20,000 bases of DNA from Dudresnaya verticillata (Eukaryota). Location of the stretch: assembly GCA_977862235.1 (NCBI GenBank), contig OZ374563.1, positions 2,772,011 to 2,792,010 of the forward strand. Direction: 5' to 3'. The position numbers and the translations under genes are program-made. Under the pieces are notes generated by a model. It had not been told where the DNA came from and ran no database searches. It worked only from the letters and a program-made list of their open reading frames with translations. Each line of letters begins with the position of its first letter. Within the stretch, counting starts at the first letter, position 1. Positions 1-10,735 of the stretch are shown here, piece after piece.

Positions 1-1704
1 GGTGTGAGTTCAGACCCAGAACGCCAGCAACAGAGTCGATATCCTCGTCGCCAACGTCGCCAGACGTCGAAATGGTTTATGGCAAGCTCTGCACAAGCTG
101 AACAACAGGTTGCCCTCACAACGGGAGATGAGCCCACTCTTCGAGAGGCCATGTCTGCCACTCCGGAGGAGCGCGGGTTGTGGCAATCTGCCATTGATGA
201 TGAGTTCGCATCCTTGGAATCCAAAGGCACTTGGGTCCGTGATGACAGTCCCGGTGCACAGCCGCTTCCAACGCACGCCGTGCTGAAAGTTAAACGCAAG
301 TCCAACGGGACGGTCGAGCGCTTCAAAGCGCGGGTCGTCGCTGGTGGAAACTTCCAGACGTATGGTGAAGACTACATGGAAACATACGCCCCAGTTGTGT
401 CGTTCTCGCTGGTGCGCATGTTCCTATACTTGGTACTGTGTTTGAATCTGTTTGTTGCACAGCTAGACGTGAAGACGGCTTTCCTGAATGGTGATCTGGC
501 AGAACACGTGTGGGTAATGTCACCGCGTGGGATTCCTGGAAGGGAATCTCTCTGTTACAAACTTCTGAAGGCTATGTATGGGCTAAAACAGGCTCACCTA
601 GCTTGGCACACCAAGCTGTGTGGTGACCTTGCTAGGATGATGTTTTAGGAATTGCCAAGTGCACCTTGCGTGTTTCGTCGCAAATCCAAGTCTTCTGGAT
701 ACGCATACATCTTGGTGTACGTTGATGACTTGCTCATCCTCGCACCCACAAAGGCGGAGAGAGACGCCATTGTTAAGGAACTGCAGGGCCTCTACAATCT
801 ACGGCTGTCTGAAGGGGTTGACCTCTTCGTCGGAGTCGAGCTTGGATGGAAGCTAGACTCTGATGGCAGATTTGTGTCCCTCAAGATGACTCAACAGGTC
901 TACACGGAAAGTGTTCTTCGTCGATTTGGACTTCAGAATTCTAAGCCGGCTTGTACGCCGATGGTTGAGTCTTTCTTCACTGGACTTGCCGCCGAAGAGG
1001 ACAAGGCCGTCGTGTCGGTTGAGACGTACCAGCAGATGATCGGGTCACTTCTGTACTTGGGGCTTCGCACAAGGCTGGACATTTTGGCCTCTGTGCTTAT
1101 CCTCGCACGGTTCCAGAAGGCTCCAACTGCGTACTGTCACCGTGGTGTAAAGAGGGTTCTGCGATATCTTCGAGGCACTCACAAGCATGGAGTTACGTAC
1201 CAGTCCGGAAGCACTCGTATCCAAGCTTATGTGGACGCTGACTATGCCGGTGACACCACAGACCGAAAATCTATGTCTGGTTACATGGTGAAACTGGGAG
1301 ATGCAGTGTGTATTTGGGGATCCAAGAAGCAGTCAACTGTTGCTCTCTCAACTTGCGAGTCGGAGTACTATGCAATGACTCTGGCTGCGAAAGAGACGGT
1401 TTGGGTCACGCGAGTGCTGAAGGAGGCCGACTTGAACGTCGAAGGCCCGGTTCCATTGAGATCAGACAACCAGTCTGCCATCAATTGGGCTACTGGAGAA
1501 CGCTGTCCGTCTGGTCGTGCCAAGCACATCGACGTTCGTGTACACTTCATTCGCAAACTTGTCGCCGACTCTGTTCTGGAAGTGGTGTATGTGCCGTCAG
1601 AAGACAACGACGCGGACTTGCTGACAAAGCCACTCGGGCCCACTTTGCTCAATAGGATTCTACCAAGGGTTGGACTTGGAGGAGCCATCGAGGAGGAGTG
1701 TTGA
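1..1704 (+). pseudogene. pol: Copia pol, copy A (partial: RT-RNase H), interrupted by in-frame TAG at 646-648
   Basis: RFKARVVAGG, ETYAPV, QLDVKTAFLNG, LKAMYGLKQ, YVDD (718-729), RNase H YVDADYAG / STCESEY / SDNQSAI / KHIDVR / ADLLTK. ORFs 4-648 and 652-1704 are in the same frame (TTT TAG GAA TTG). Confidence 0.93.
1690..1698 (+). promoter_or_regulatory. Polypurine tract (copy A)
   Basis: GAGGAGGAG immediately 5' of the LTR-initial TG at 1699. Confidence 0.85.
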
Positions 1705-2129
1705 GGACATGGTCGCTGGCGCCTCACGTCACGGGTCAGGTACCCCAGATGGTACCCTGGCACGCTTTCACCAAACCTTCCGGAGACGACAGCCCTTTTT
1801 CCGGGCTTCCAAAATCACGGCGCATTTAGGCCTTTTGCAAAAGCAACGTGAAACGGGCTTCTGATTGGTTGTTACAAACCGCCTCCATGGTCTATATGGC
1901 TTACAAGTGTTGTGCTGGAATTGGCGGTTATAACAGGAACGGCCAAGTGGAACGATCTGATTGGACCACATGGATGCACGTGGTATGGCATGGAATGGTA
2001 CTGGTATGACGCGCACTGTACTCCACAAGTACATATGAACGTGCCATGCAATGTGCTGATGGCGTCTGAGTTGGTACTGCAGGGACTTGCGCTACGTGGA
2101 GCCTGGCTTGTGATATCAGCAGATGCAGT

Positions 2130-2211
2130 TGTCGTGCGGCCGACACGTTGGTTTACAGTTGCCACGTAGGTGTCGTGCGGCCGACACGTTGGTTTACAGC
2201 TGCCACGTAGG
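2130..2211 (+). repeat. 41-bp tandem duplication in LTR U3 (also 8375-8456)
   Basis: TGTCGTGCGGCCGACACGTTGGTTTACAG(T/C)TGCCACGTAGG twice, one mismatch. Confidence 0.95.
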
Positions 2212-2595
2212 CAAATCTGGGTGATTACGTGGTCAATGATCCAAGTTGGATATTCATGGACGGACTTCAGCTCGTAAGTGCGGCCACGTGGTATGCAGTG
2301 TTGTCCGACAGCAGCCATGCGGGGACACTCGATACTTTCGAGTTCCCGCCCAAAGTTGGAGTACATATGGATGGCAGGAAATGCGGTCGCAAGAGGGATT
2401 GCTGATGTCAGCAGTTAGCAACACTGGTGTGCAAGTTCCCGCCCATTTTGGTGTCGGATGTGAGTGTGCTGAGAGTATGATTTGGTAGATTTAATTGCTT
2501 TACTTTTTCCCGCCCATTTGATGATAGGGATTTTGGGCGTTTCTTTAATGATTTGTTTTGTTTGTGTTCACGCAGCAACTCATCCGAAAAGCTGA

Positions 2596-2600
2596 TATAA
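2596..2600 (+). promoter_or_regulatory. Putative LTR TATA box
   Basis: TATAA about 90 bp from the LTR 3' end, flanked by the inverted repeat CATCCGA (2581-2587) / TCGGATG (2607-2613). Confidence 0.4.
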
Positions 2601-2690
2601 GCCATGTCGGATGGTCGACTGCAGTAAACGAAGTCAAGCGACTTCCATTTCTCATCTTGTTCAACTCCAACCTCTCCATATTCCTTTTCA

Positions 2691-2704
2691 GGTTATGGGC
2701 CCAG
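2691..2704 (+). promoter_or_regulatory. Primer-binding site for an initiator tRNA-Met half-molecule (Hemivirus type)
   Basis: GGTTATGGGCCCAG directly after the LTR CA; complementary to the tRNA-iMet anticodon stem-loop, the PBS type of Drosophila copia, Ty5 and Osser. Confidence 0.9.
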
Positions 2705-2771
2705 AAGGTCGACCTACGCAGACTTCATCGCTTCGCTGCAACCTTCTTCCTTTTTCTTTTCATTCTTGATA

Positions 2772-2846
2772 CTGTCCTGTCCCGTCCTGGCCTGTCCTGT
2801 CTGCTTGTGTCCTGTCCTGTCGGCTTGTGTCCTGTCCTGTCTGCTT
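2772..2846 (+). repeat. Degenerate (CTGTC/TGTCC)n pyrimidine-rich repeat in the element's 5' leader
   Basis: ctgtcctgtcccgtcctggcctgtcctgtctgcttgtgtcctgtcctgtcggcttgtgtcctgtcctgtctgctt; ~20-bp higher-order unit GCTTGTGTCCTGTCCTGTC. Confidence 0.85.
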
Positions 2847-3626
2847 GTTGTCTGTTGAAAGTGGTCCCTATCCCACTGTGTCGGCTTGTGTCTCTGATTT
2901 TGTGAGAGAGTTCTCGAGGCTCTCGTCCGCTGTTGTCTTGGTCCGTGAGCTTGCTGAGAGGTTGAGTGTTGTGCGTGGTGACTCTCGTTAAGTCAGGACC
3001 TCGTTGGCCTAGGGGAGCAGCCTCCAGTAAGATCCAGAACCTTGACACGGTTGGGCCTAGTTCCATTCCTGCAAGAGACTGGACCTGTTCGTGTGGTGAA
3101 CACTCGTTTTGAGTTATTACCCATAAGGTGGACGTCTCGTAAGGATTGCATACTTCGTGTCTGTGTGCGCACGACACGAAAGGGCTGCTGAAAGACGCAT
3201 TTCACCCGGAGAATCATATCCGGGGGCCAGGAGTCCGACTCCTAGGGTTGACTAGGTAGAACCTGGTGCCAGAACATCCCGCGTCAAAAAGACGTTCAAC
3301 TATCAAGAATCAACTTTTCAACTTCAAGTTTCAACTTTTCTTCTTCAGTCCAGGTGATCCCATCATCACCTGAGAGTTTCATTACTCCAAGCGTGGGAGC
3401 TACTTGGCAAAGTGTGCTCCGCTTGTGACTGTATTATATTACCGACGTGTTCGACACATTTCTCAGTTTCGTCGTCACGTCTTCGTTGTGTGAGCTGCAC
3501 TGCTCTGCTTAGCACGACTATTACCCTCTGGGCATCGACACTGTTGCACTAACAGCACTGCCCCAAGTTCACCAAGTTTTCTAAAACTATTCAAGTTATC
3601 TCTTCTCAGCATCAGTCCCAACAGCG

Positions 3627-6600
3627 ATGACTGATACCGAAACCGAGATGGATACTTCGAGCGGGGTCAAGATACCCCGTTTCCACGGCAGGAGAGGTGA
3701 CGACTACAGTCTCTGGCGTCATCGCCTTCGTGCCGCATGCCGCATCAAAGGGGTTTGGAATGTTGTCCACACCTCAAACGACACACCGACCAGCTCACAG
3801 TCAACTGGAGAGGCCTCAGCGGATACTTCCATTCTTCACGCCAGAACCTTGGCCAAACGTGAGAAGGCTTGCGGGATCATTATCTCCGCACTTGGTGATG
3901 CTCCGCTTCGTGTCGTTATGGAGGTTGATGATGACCCCAAACGCATGCTGGAGCTATTGGACTCGCGCTATGCGTCCAGTCGAACCGTATCCCGTATCGC
4001 CGTACAGACCAAGCTATTCCGTATGACTTACACCGGTCAGAATATGTCCAGCTATGTCGACCAGTACACGTCACTGTTCGCCCAACTCGACCGCATGGGC
4101 AACGACTCGGCGATACCGGAGACACATAAGGCACCTATGCTGCTTGCTTCCATTGATCCGTCCTGCCACCTGGAGTCAACAGCTGCAGCTCTTCGCACCA
4201 AAGATGCTGCTGAGCTGACTTGGGACTACGTCGCAACCACGCTGATCGATGAGTACAACGCCAAAGATTCTCATGGATCAAACGCAGGTGGGAGATCCAG
4301 TAAGTCGAAGAGTCGTCGGAAGAAGAAAAAGAAGTCCGCGTCGTCAGGTTCTCGCCAGCAACACAACACGCTGGATGACAACGACGACTCAGATGACTCT
4401 TCTGATATTGAATCTACCGTCCGTGCGTTGGCGGTTGCACTCAAGTCCGCCAAGCAGGCTCACTCCACCCCGAACCGGCACCTTCACTGTGATGTTTGCG
4501 ACAGGGATGGACACACCGCAGATCGATGCTATCTAAATCCGGAAAATCCTAACAACAAGCTTCCTCCAAAGGTGCGACAGATGTTCACCAACCAGGGCAA
4601 AAAGGGCAACGCCAACTCGGCGGTAGCTGCATCTGGTAAGAATAATGGTAAATCTGCAAAGGTAGAAATCGCCGGTGCATCGGTTGAGATGACTACTGTT
4701 GTTCCTCCGAACGACCAAGGAACGTATGCCGACAGTGGAGCAACTGTGCATTGCTTCCACTCAATGACTTCTTTTGTACCGAGCTCAGTATCGCGCTGCG
4801 AAAAGCGTACTGTAGTGCTTGCGGACAAGTCGTCTGTCACCTCAGACCTATGTGGAGATGTGATTCTGCCGTTTGAGCACGCCAATATTCGGCTCAAGAA
4901 GGCCCTCTTCATCCCGCAGATGGGATACAATCTTGTCTCTACTGGGCGTTTGGCAGATAAAGGAATTGAATCCCACTTTCGCCGCTTGGACGTGCGCTTG
5001 GTACTCGACTCTAATGGGTACTATATTGGATCCGGTGTTCGCGATGCGAGTTCTGGAATGTACATGCTACCAGAACCCGAGCTGCACACTTCGGAGGAGC
5101 AAGTACTGGCTGTCCCCAGCACGCAGCAAACTACTGAGCTCTGGCATCGACGTCTTGCCCACATTAATTTTCGGGACTTGGCCAAAGTGCACGAGCATGT
5201 TGAGGGTGTTCCGGAGTTGGGCTCCACTCATGACGTGTGTCGGGCTTGTAGACTTGGGAAAGCACACAAACAATCATTCCCAGGGCACTTCCGCCTGGCC
5301 AAAGCTGTCGGTGATCTCGTGCATTCCGACATTGTGGGTCCAATCCAGATCTCCTTTCCCGATCGTTTCCGGTATGCCACGACGTTTCTGGATGACAAAT
5401 CCCGTTTCTTGGTCGTCGCATGTATGAGAAGTCGCCGTATGTTGAGTGCAGCATTTGATCAAGCTTCAGCAAAGTTTATCGAGCTTGGAGGAGCAGAAAT
5501 AACAAAACTCCACCCAGACGGGGCTCAGGAGTATTTGGCTTTGCAGAAAGATTTGGGAGGAGTTGGAGACAGTGGCAAATCCTTCTCCCCACCTTATACT
5601 CCGGAGCTCAATGGAATCGCGGAAAGGGTGAACCGAATCATGGTGGAAGCTGCCCTGACTTTGCTGATCCAGGCTGATCTACCGGGATGTTTGAGGCCGT
5701 TTGCACTGAAGCATGTCAACTACGTGCGCAATAGGGTACCACACTCAACCGTTGGGGCTACGCCATACTCGGTCATGACAGGTGATGTTCCTGATTTAAA
5801 ACATTTAAGAGTGTTTGGATGTGCTGCATATGTCCTAAGGCTCCCACGCGGATCCAAGTTCGAGTCTCGTGCACTTGAGGGGGTGCACTTGGAGACTCTA
5901 GAGCATGGGATCTACAGGATATTGGTCACTGGCGGTGACAGTATACCTCGTGTGGTTGAGTCGCGGCATGTCACATTCGACGAGTCCAAATTCCCGGGTG
6001 CTCCAAGCCTGTTGGAATATGGGCACGACGAGGCAGATTCGGATGAAGATTACGACTCTAACTCAGAGGCCTCTATTTTCAACTCGGACTCTGATGACGA
6101 TGTGTCGCTGGGTAACTTTGAGGATGAAGAGGATGCAATTGAAGTTGACACACCTTCTTCACCTCCACTACCTCCATCAGAACCCAGCTCATTCGAATCT
6201 GATGACACGGCTGAGGAAGAAAACGTCTCTGACAATCCTCCGGCTGGTGTGAGTTCAGACCCAGAACGCCAGCAACAGAGTCGATATCCTCGTCGCCAAC
6301 GTCGCCAGACGTCGAAATGGTTTATGGCAAGCTCTGCACAAGCTGAACAACAGGTTGCCCTCACAACGGGAGATGAGCCCACTCTTCGAGAGGCCATGTC
6401 TGCCACTCCGGAGGAGCGCGGGTTGTGGCAATCTGCCATTGATGATGAGTTCGCATCCTTGGAATCCAAAGGCACTTGGGTCCGTGATGACAGTCCCGGT
6501 GCACAGCCGCTTCCAACGCACGCCGTGCTGAAAGTTAAACGCAAGTCCAACGGGACGGTCGAGCGCTTCAAAGCGCGGGTCGTCGCTGGTGGAAACTTCC

Positions 6601-7949
6601 AGACGTATGGTGAAGACTACATGGAAACATACGCCCCAGTTGTGTCGTTCTCGCTGGTGCGCATGTTCCTATACTTGGTACTGTGTTTGAATCTGTTTGT
6701 TGCACAGCTAGACGTGAAGACGGCTTTCCTGAATGGTGATCTGGCAGAACACGTGTGGGTAATGTCACCGCGTGGGATTCCTGGAAGGGAATCTCTCTGT
6801 TACAAACTTCTGAAGGCTATGTATGGGCTAAAACAGGCTCACCTAGCTTGGCACACCAAGCTGTGTGGTGACCTTGCTAGGATGATGTTTTAGGAATTGC
6901 CAAGTGCACCTTGCGTGTTTCGTCGCAAATCCAAGTCTTCTGGATACGCATACATCTTGGTGTACGTTGATGACTTGCTCATCCTCGCACCCACAAAGGC
7001 GGAGAGAGACGCCATTGTTAAGGAACTGCAGGGCCTCTACAATCTACGGCTGTCTGAAGGGGTTGACCTCTTCGTCGGAGTCGAGCTTGGATGGAAGCTA
7101 GACTCTGATGGCAGATTTGTGTCCCTCAAGATGACTCAACAGGTCTACACGGAAAGTGTTCTTCGTCGATTTGGACTTCAGAATTCTAAGCCGGCTTGTA
7201 CGCCGATGGTTGAGTCTTTCTTCACTGGACTTGCCGCCGAAGAGGACAAGGCCGTCGTGTCGGTTGAGACGTACCAGCAGATGATCGGGTCACTTCTGTA
7301 CTTGGGGCTTCGCACAAGGCTGGACATTTTGGCCTCTGTGCTTATCCTCGCACGGTTCCAGAAGGCTCCAACTGCGTACTGTCACCGTGGTGTAAAGAGG
7401 GTTCTGCGATATCTTCGAGGCACTCACAAGCATGGAGTTACGTACCAGTCCGGAAGCACTCGTATCCAAGCTTATGTGGACGCTGACTATGCCGGTGACA
7501 CCACAGACCGAAAATCTATGTCTGGTTACATGGTGAAACTGGGAGATGCAGTGTGTATTTGGGGATCCAAGAAGCAGTCAACTGTTGCTCTCTCAACTTG
7601 CGAGTCGGAGTACTATGCAATGACTCTGGCTGCGAAAGAGACGGTTTGGGTCACGCGAGTGCTGAAGGAGGCCGACTTGAACGTCGAAGGCCCGGTTCCA
7701 TTGAGATCAGACAACCAGTCTGCCATCAATTGGGCTACTGGAGAACGCTGTCCGTCTGGTCGTGCCAAGCACATCGACGTTCGTGTACACTTCATTCGCA
7801 AACTTGTCGCCGACTCTGTTCTGGAAGTGGTGTATGTGCCGTCAGAAGACAACGACGCGGACTTGCTGACAAAGCCACTCGGGCCCACTTTGCTCAATAG
7901 GATTCTACCAAGGGTTGGACTTGGAGGAGCCATCGAGGAGGAGTGTTGA
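3627..7949 (+). pseudogene. gag-pol: Copia gag-pol polyprotein, copy B (Gag-ZnK-PR-IN-RT-RH, ~1440 codons) with in-frame TAG at 6891-6893
   Basis: Gag N-terminus (DYSLWRHRL), CX2CX4HX4C knuckle CDVCDRDGHTADRC (~4488-4529), protease ADSGAT (~4728), integrase HHCC (WHRRLAH...CRAC) and DDE (HSDIVGP, PDG, PELNGIAERVNR), then RT and RNase H. IN-before-RT order identifies it as copia. Confidence 0.95.
7935..7943 (+). promoter_or_regulatory. Polypurine tract (copy B)
   Basis: GAGGAGGAG before the TG at 7944. Confidence 0.85.
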
Positions 7950-8932
7950 GGACATGGTCGCTGGCGCCTCACGTCACGGGTCAGGTACCCCAGATGGTAC
8001 CCTGGCACGCTTTCACCAAACCTTCCGGAGACGACAGCCCTTTTTCCGGGCTTCCAAAATCACGGCGCATTTAGGCCTTTTGCAAAAGCAACGTGAAACG
8101 GGCTTCTGATTGGTTGTTACAAACCGCCTCCATGGTCTATATGGCTTACAAGTGTTGTGCTGGAATTGGCGGTTATAACAGGAACGGCCAAGTGGAACGA
8201 TCTGATTGGACCACATGGATGCACGTGGTATGGCATGGAATGGTACTGGTATGACGCGCACTGTACTCCACAAGTACATATGAACGTGCCATGCAATGTG
8301 CTGATGGCGTCTGAGTTGGTACTGCAGGGACTTGCGCTACGTGGAGCCTGGCTTGTGATATCAGCAGATGCAGTTGTCGTGCGGCCGACACGTTGGTTTA
8401 CAGTTGCCACGTAGGTGTCGTGCGGCCGACACGTTGGTTTACAGCTGCCACGTAGGCAAATCTGGGTGATTACGTGGTCAATGATCCAAGTTGGATATTC
8501 ATGGACGGACTTCAGCTCGTAAGTGCGGCCACGTGGTATGCAGTGTTGTCCGACAGCAGCCATGCGGGGACACTCGATACTTTCGAGTTCCCGCCCAAAG
8601 TTGGAGTACATATGGATGGCAGGAAATGCGGTCGCAAGAGGGATTGCTGATGTCAGCAGTTAGCAACACTGGTGTGCAAGTTCCCGCCCATTTTGGTGGC
8701 GGATGTGAGTGTGCTGAGAGTATGATTTGGTAGATTTAATTGCTTTACTTTTTCCCGCCCATTTGATGATAGGGATTTTGGGCGTTTCTTTAATGATTTG
8801 TTTTGTTTGTGTTCACGCAGCAACTCATCCGAAAAGCTGATATAAGCCATGTCGGATGGTCGACTGCAGTAAACGAAGTCAAGCGACTTGCATTTCTGAT
8901 CTTGTTCAACTCCAACCTCTCCATATTCCTTT

Positions 8933-8935
<3 letters not shown>
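7944..8935 (+). repeat. Terminal 3' LTR (992 bp)
   Basis: TGTTGA...TTTTCA; homology to the first LTR stops exactly at CA 8935. Confidence 0.95.

Positions 8936-8970
<35 letters not shown>
8936..8970. repeat. (TC)n microsatellite, 35 bp
   Basis: Perfect TC dinucleotide run directly after the LTR end. Confidence 0.97.
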
Positions 8971-8973
<3 letters not shown>

Positions 8974-10735
8974 AGCTGTTACAGACATTCCTTTTTATAA
9001 GAATAATCACAGTGGACGGGTTGATATTCCTTTATCGCATCGGGGAATGTATCAAGGAAGCACTAGAGCACTCTTTGAAAACACCGAGAAAGTTGCTATC
9101 GTGGTCTGGGACATCTTCTGGCGCTTCAGAGACTGCTGAACACGGCTAACGTAACATCGGCTGATAAAGGGATGCCTTCACAGTCATCAAGTAGCCCATT
9201 TCGCAACAGAGATGCATTCAGCTTGTCTCCAATTGACTTGCTTTGTCCTCGTTAGCGGCTTCCTCAGTGTTTTAATAGTCCTCGCGGGAGTTGCTAATGC
9301 AAACTCTGCCTCACCAGTTTACTGAGAGTGCTGTGGAGGGCGCAATGCCACCATCAACTTTAGATTCTGTATTCCCATATAACACAATCTTGAAGGCCTC
9401 ATATATACTGTACTGGCTGATTTCAAAGGAACCGGATCGGTGGACGGAAGGCTTATTCTTTTACCGCGGATATTCCCTTATCGAAGCTTTCTTATGTCAA
9501 GGATTGTCTGCACCTCATTCCTGCTGCCTGCTCCAGCACATTGAGCCACATCAATCCCAAATGGAAAGACCAAATGTAGAACGGTTGCTAAAAGCCACGT
9601 TGGAAAAGCTTTCTTTGGTCCATTCAAGTCTTGGAGGGTTGGCGTCTGCAAGGCCTTGCCCCAATGTAACTGCAGTATGCAATAATGATACTATCCTGCC
9701 AGTAATGCAACGCGACGTCCTCACCAAGCTCAGTTCACAGGTTGTGTAGGCAAGATGGGAAGCGCGTTTGCTCAACGGCTGGCCCTTTGTGCTCGAAGAG
9801 AGGACTTCCAACAAGATAGATGCAGCCTTCTCCGCATGGCAATCCTTGAAGGCCTCAATGACGGGCTACGCCCGGGCGAAACATTCTGTTACCGTGGTAG
9901 ACGCAGCGCTGCATCTGATGCCGCACGTATTCGAAGCTTCCGTTGAGAACAACGTTGAGAGGAAGCTTCCAAGCAAGCACCTCTTGAAGAGCTATCTGCG
10001 CGCGCCGCGCGCTTCCTTCCTACGCGCAACGCTTGGCACGGAATAAGGGGGTTGGGGCAACTCAGCATCCCGAATTCTATCGCGCGACGCAGGGACCTAT
10101 ATGCTGTATAACAGCCCTCTCTCGGCCAATTGTTTCAGTGCAGCTTTCTTGCCCCACGCTATACATTGTTCCACACATAGCAAACGTCGAAACGCGGCAA
10201 AGATAAGGTCAACCTCCTGGCGACTGCGGTAGCATTCAGAGCGTTTCGGAAGGGGCAGTAATGCCACTCCCCCGCCCAGAATTCACACTCCGCTTGTGGT
10301 GCGCGCCCACGCCTCGAAAGTACGGTAGCTGCTGATGTCTGCCCATGATCGTCCCTTTTCGATGTGAACGCGGGTTGGGAATGGACTATTGCTCCGGCCA
10401 GAAGCCGGCCTTTCCATGGCCCCGACAATGAGCCGGCCTTCTTCCTATACCCATCCCTACCTCATCCGAAGACGGGGCATGCGCTCTGTGTTTCTGAGGG
10501 CCCATCATAGACAAACGCAACTTGCGCCCTATCGTCGTCCGTGGACGGGCAAGACGCAAGGGAGCCTACACTACTGTGGCGAATCACCGTTGGTGACATT
10601 CAATTGCGCACGATCGCCAAGGACACAACTAGTCGAGAGCCAGGAGAGAAGGTTAGGATGGGCAGCAAGAACAACCGGATCCATGTTCTTCTATAAGTAG
10701 ACGTCTCCCGGTCATTCGCTTCTCGCCTCATCGCA

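Larger units (their letters stand above)
1699..2690 (+). repeat. LTR (992 bp) serving as 3' LTR of copy A and 5' LTR of copy B
   Basis: Starts TGTTGA after the PPT, ends TTTTCA before the PBS; near-identical to 7944-8935 (3 substitutions seen). Confidence 0.95.
1..8935 (+). mobile_element. Tandem (head-to-tail, shared-LTR) array of a Ty1/copia LTR retrotransposon; left end outside window
   Basis: 1-2690 repeats at 6246-8935 (offset 6245); six-frame ORF translations match between copies except in the LTR 3' part. Order: [pol]-PPT-LTR-PBS-gag/pol-PPT-LTR. Confidence 0.95.

Noticed and set aside
646..648. UAG reassigned to an amino acid (alternative nuclear code)
   Set aside because: Only one TAG occurs in ~1440 gag-pol codons and none in the 448-codon protease, while CAA/CAG are abundant; reassignment would give many in-frame TAGs.
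1670..3217. Small ORFs within the LTR and leader, and antisense ORFs over gag-pol
   Set aside because: Shadow ORFs without motifs; they recur only because the DNA is duplicated.
1699..3626. Hammerhead ribozyme (retrozyme-like) in the LTR or leader
   Set aside because: No CTGANGA...GAAA core with proper stems was found by eye on either strand; an Infernal search would settle it.
9291..10700. Short ORFs (152, 92, 103 aa and others) between the LTR and the protease gene
   Set aside because: Mostly non-ATG starts, no recognisable motifs and frequent stops in all frames; possibly decayed coding DNA, but no call is supportable.
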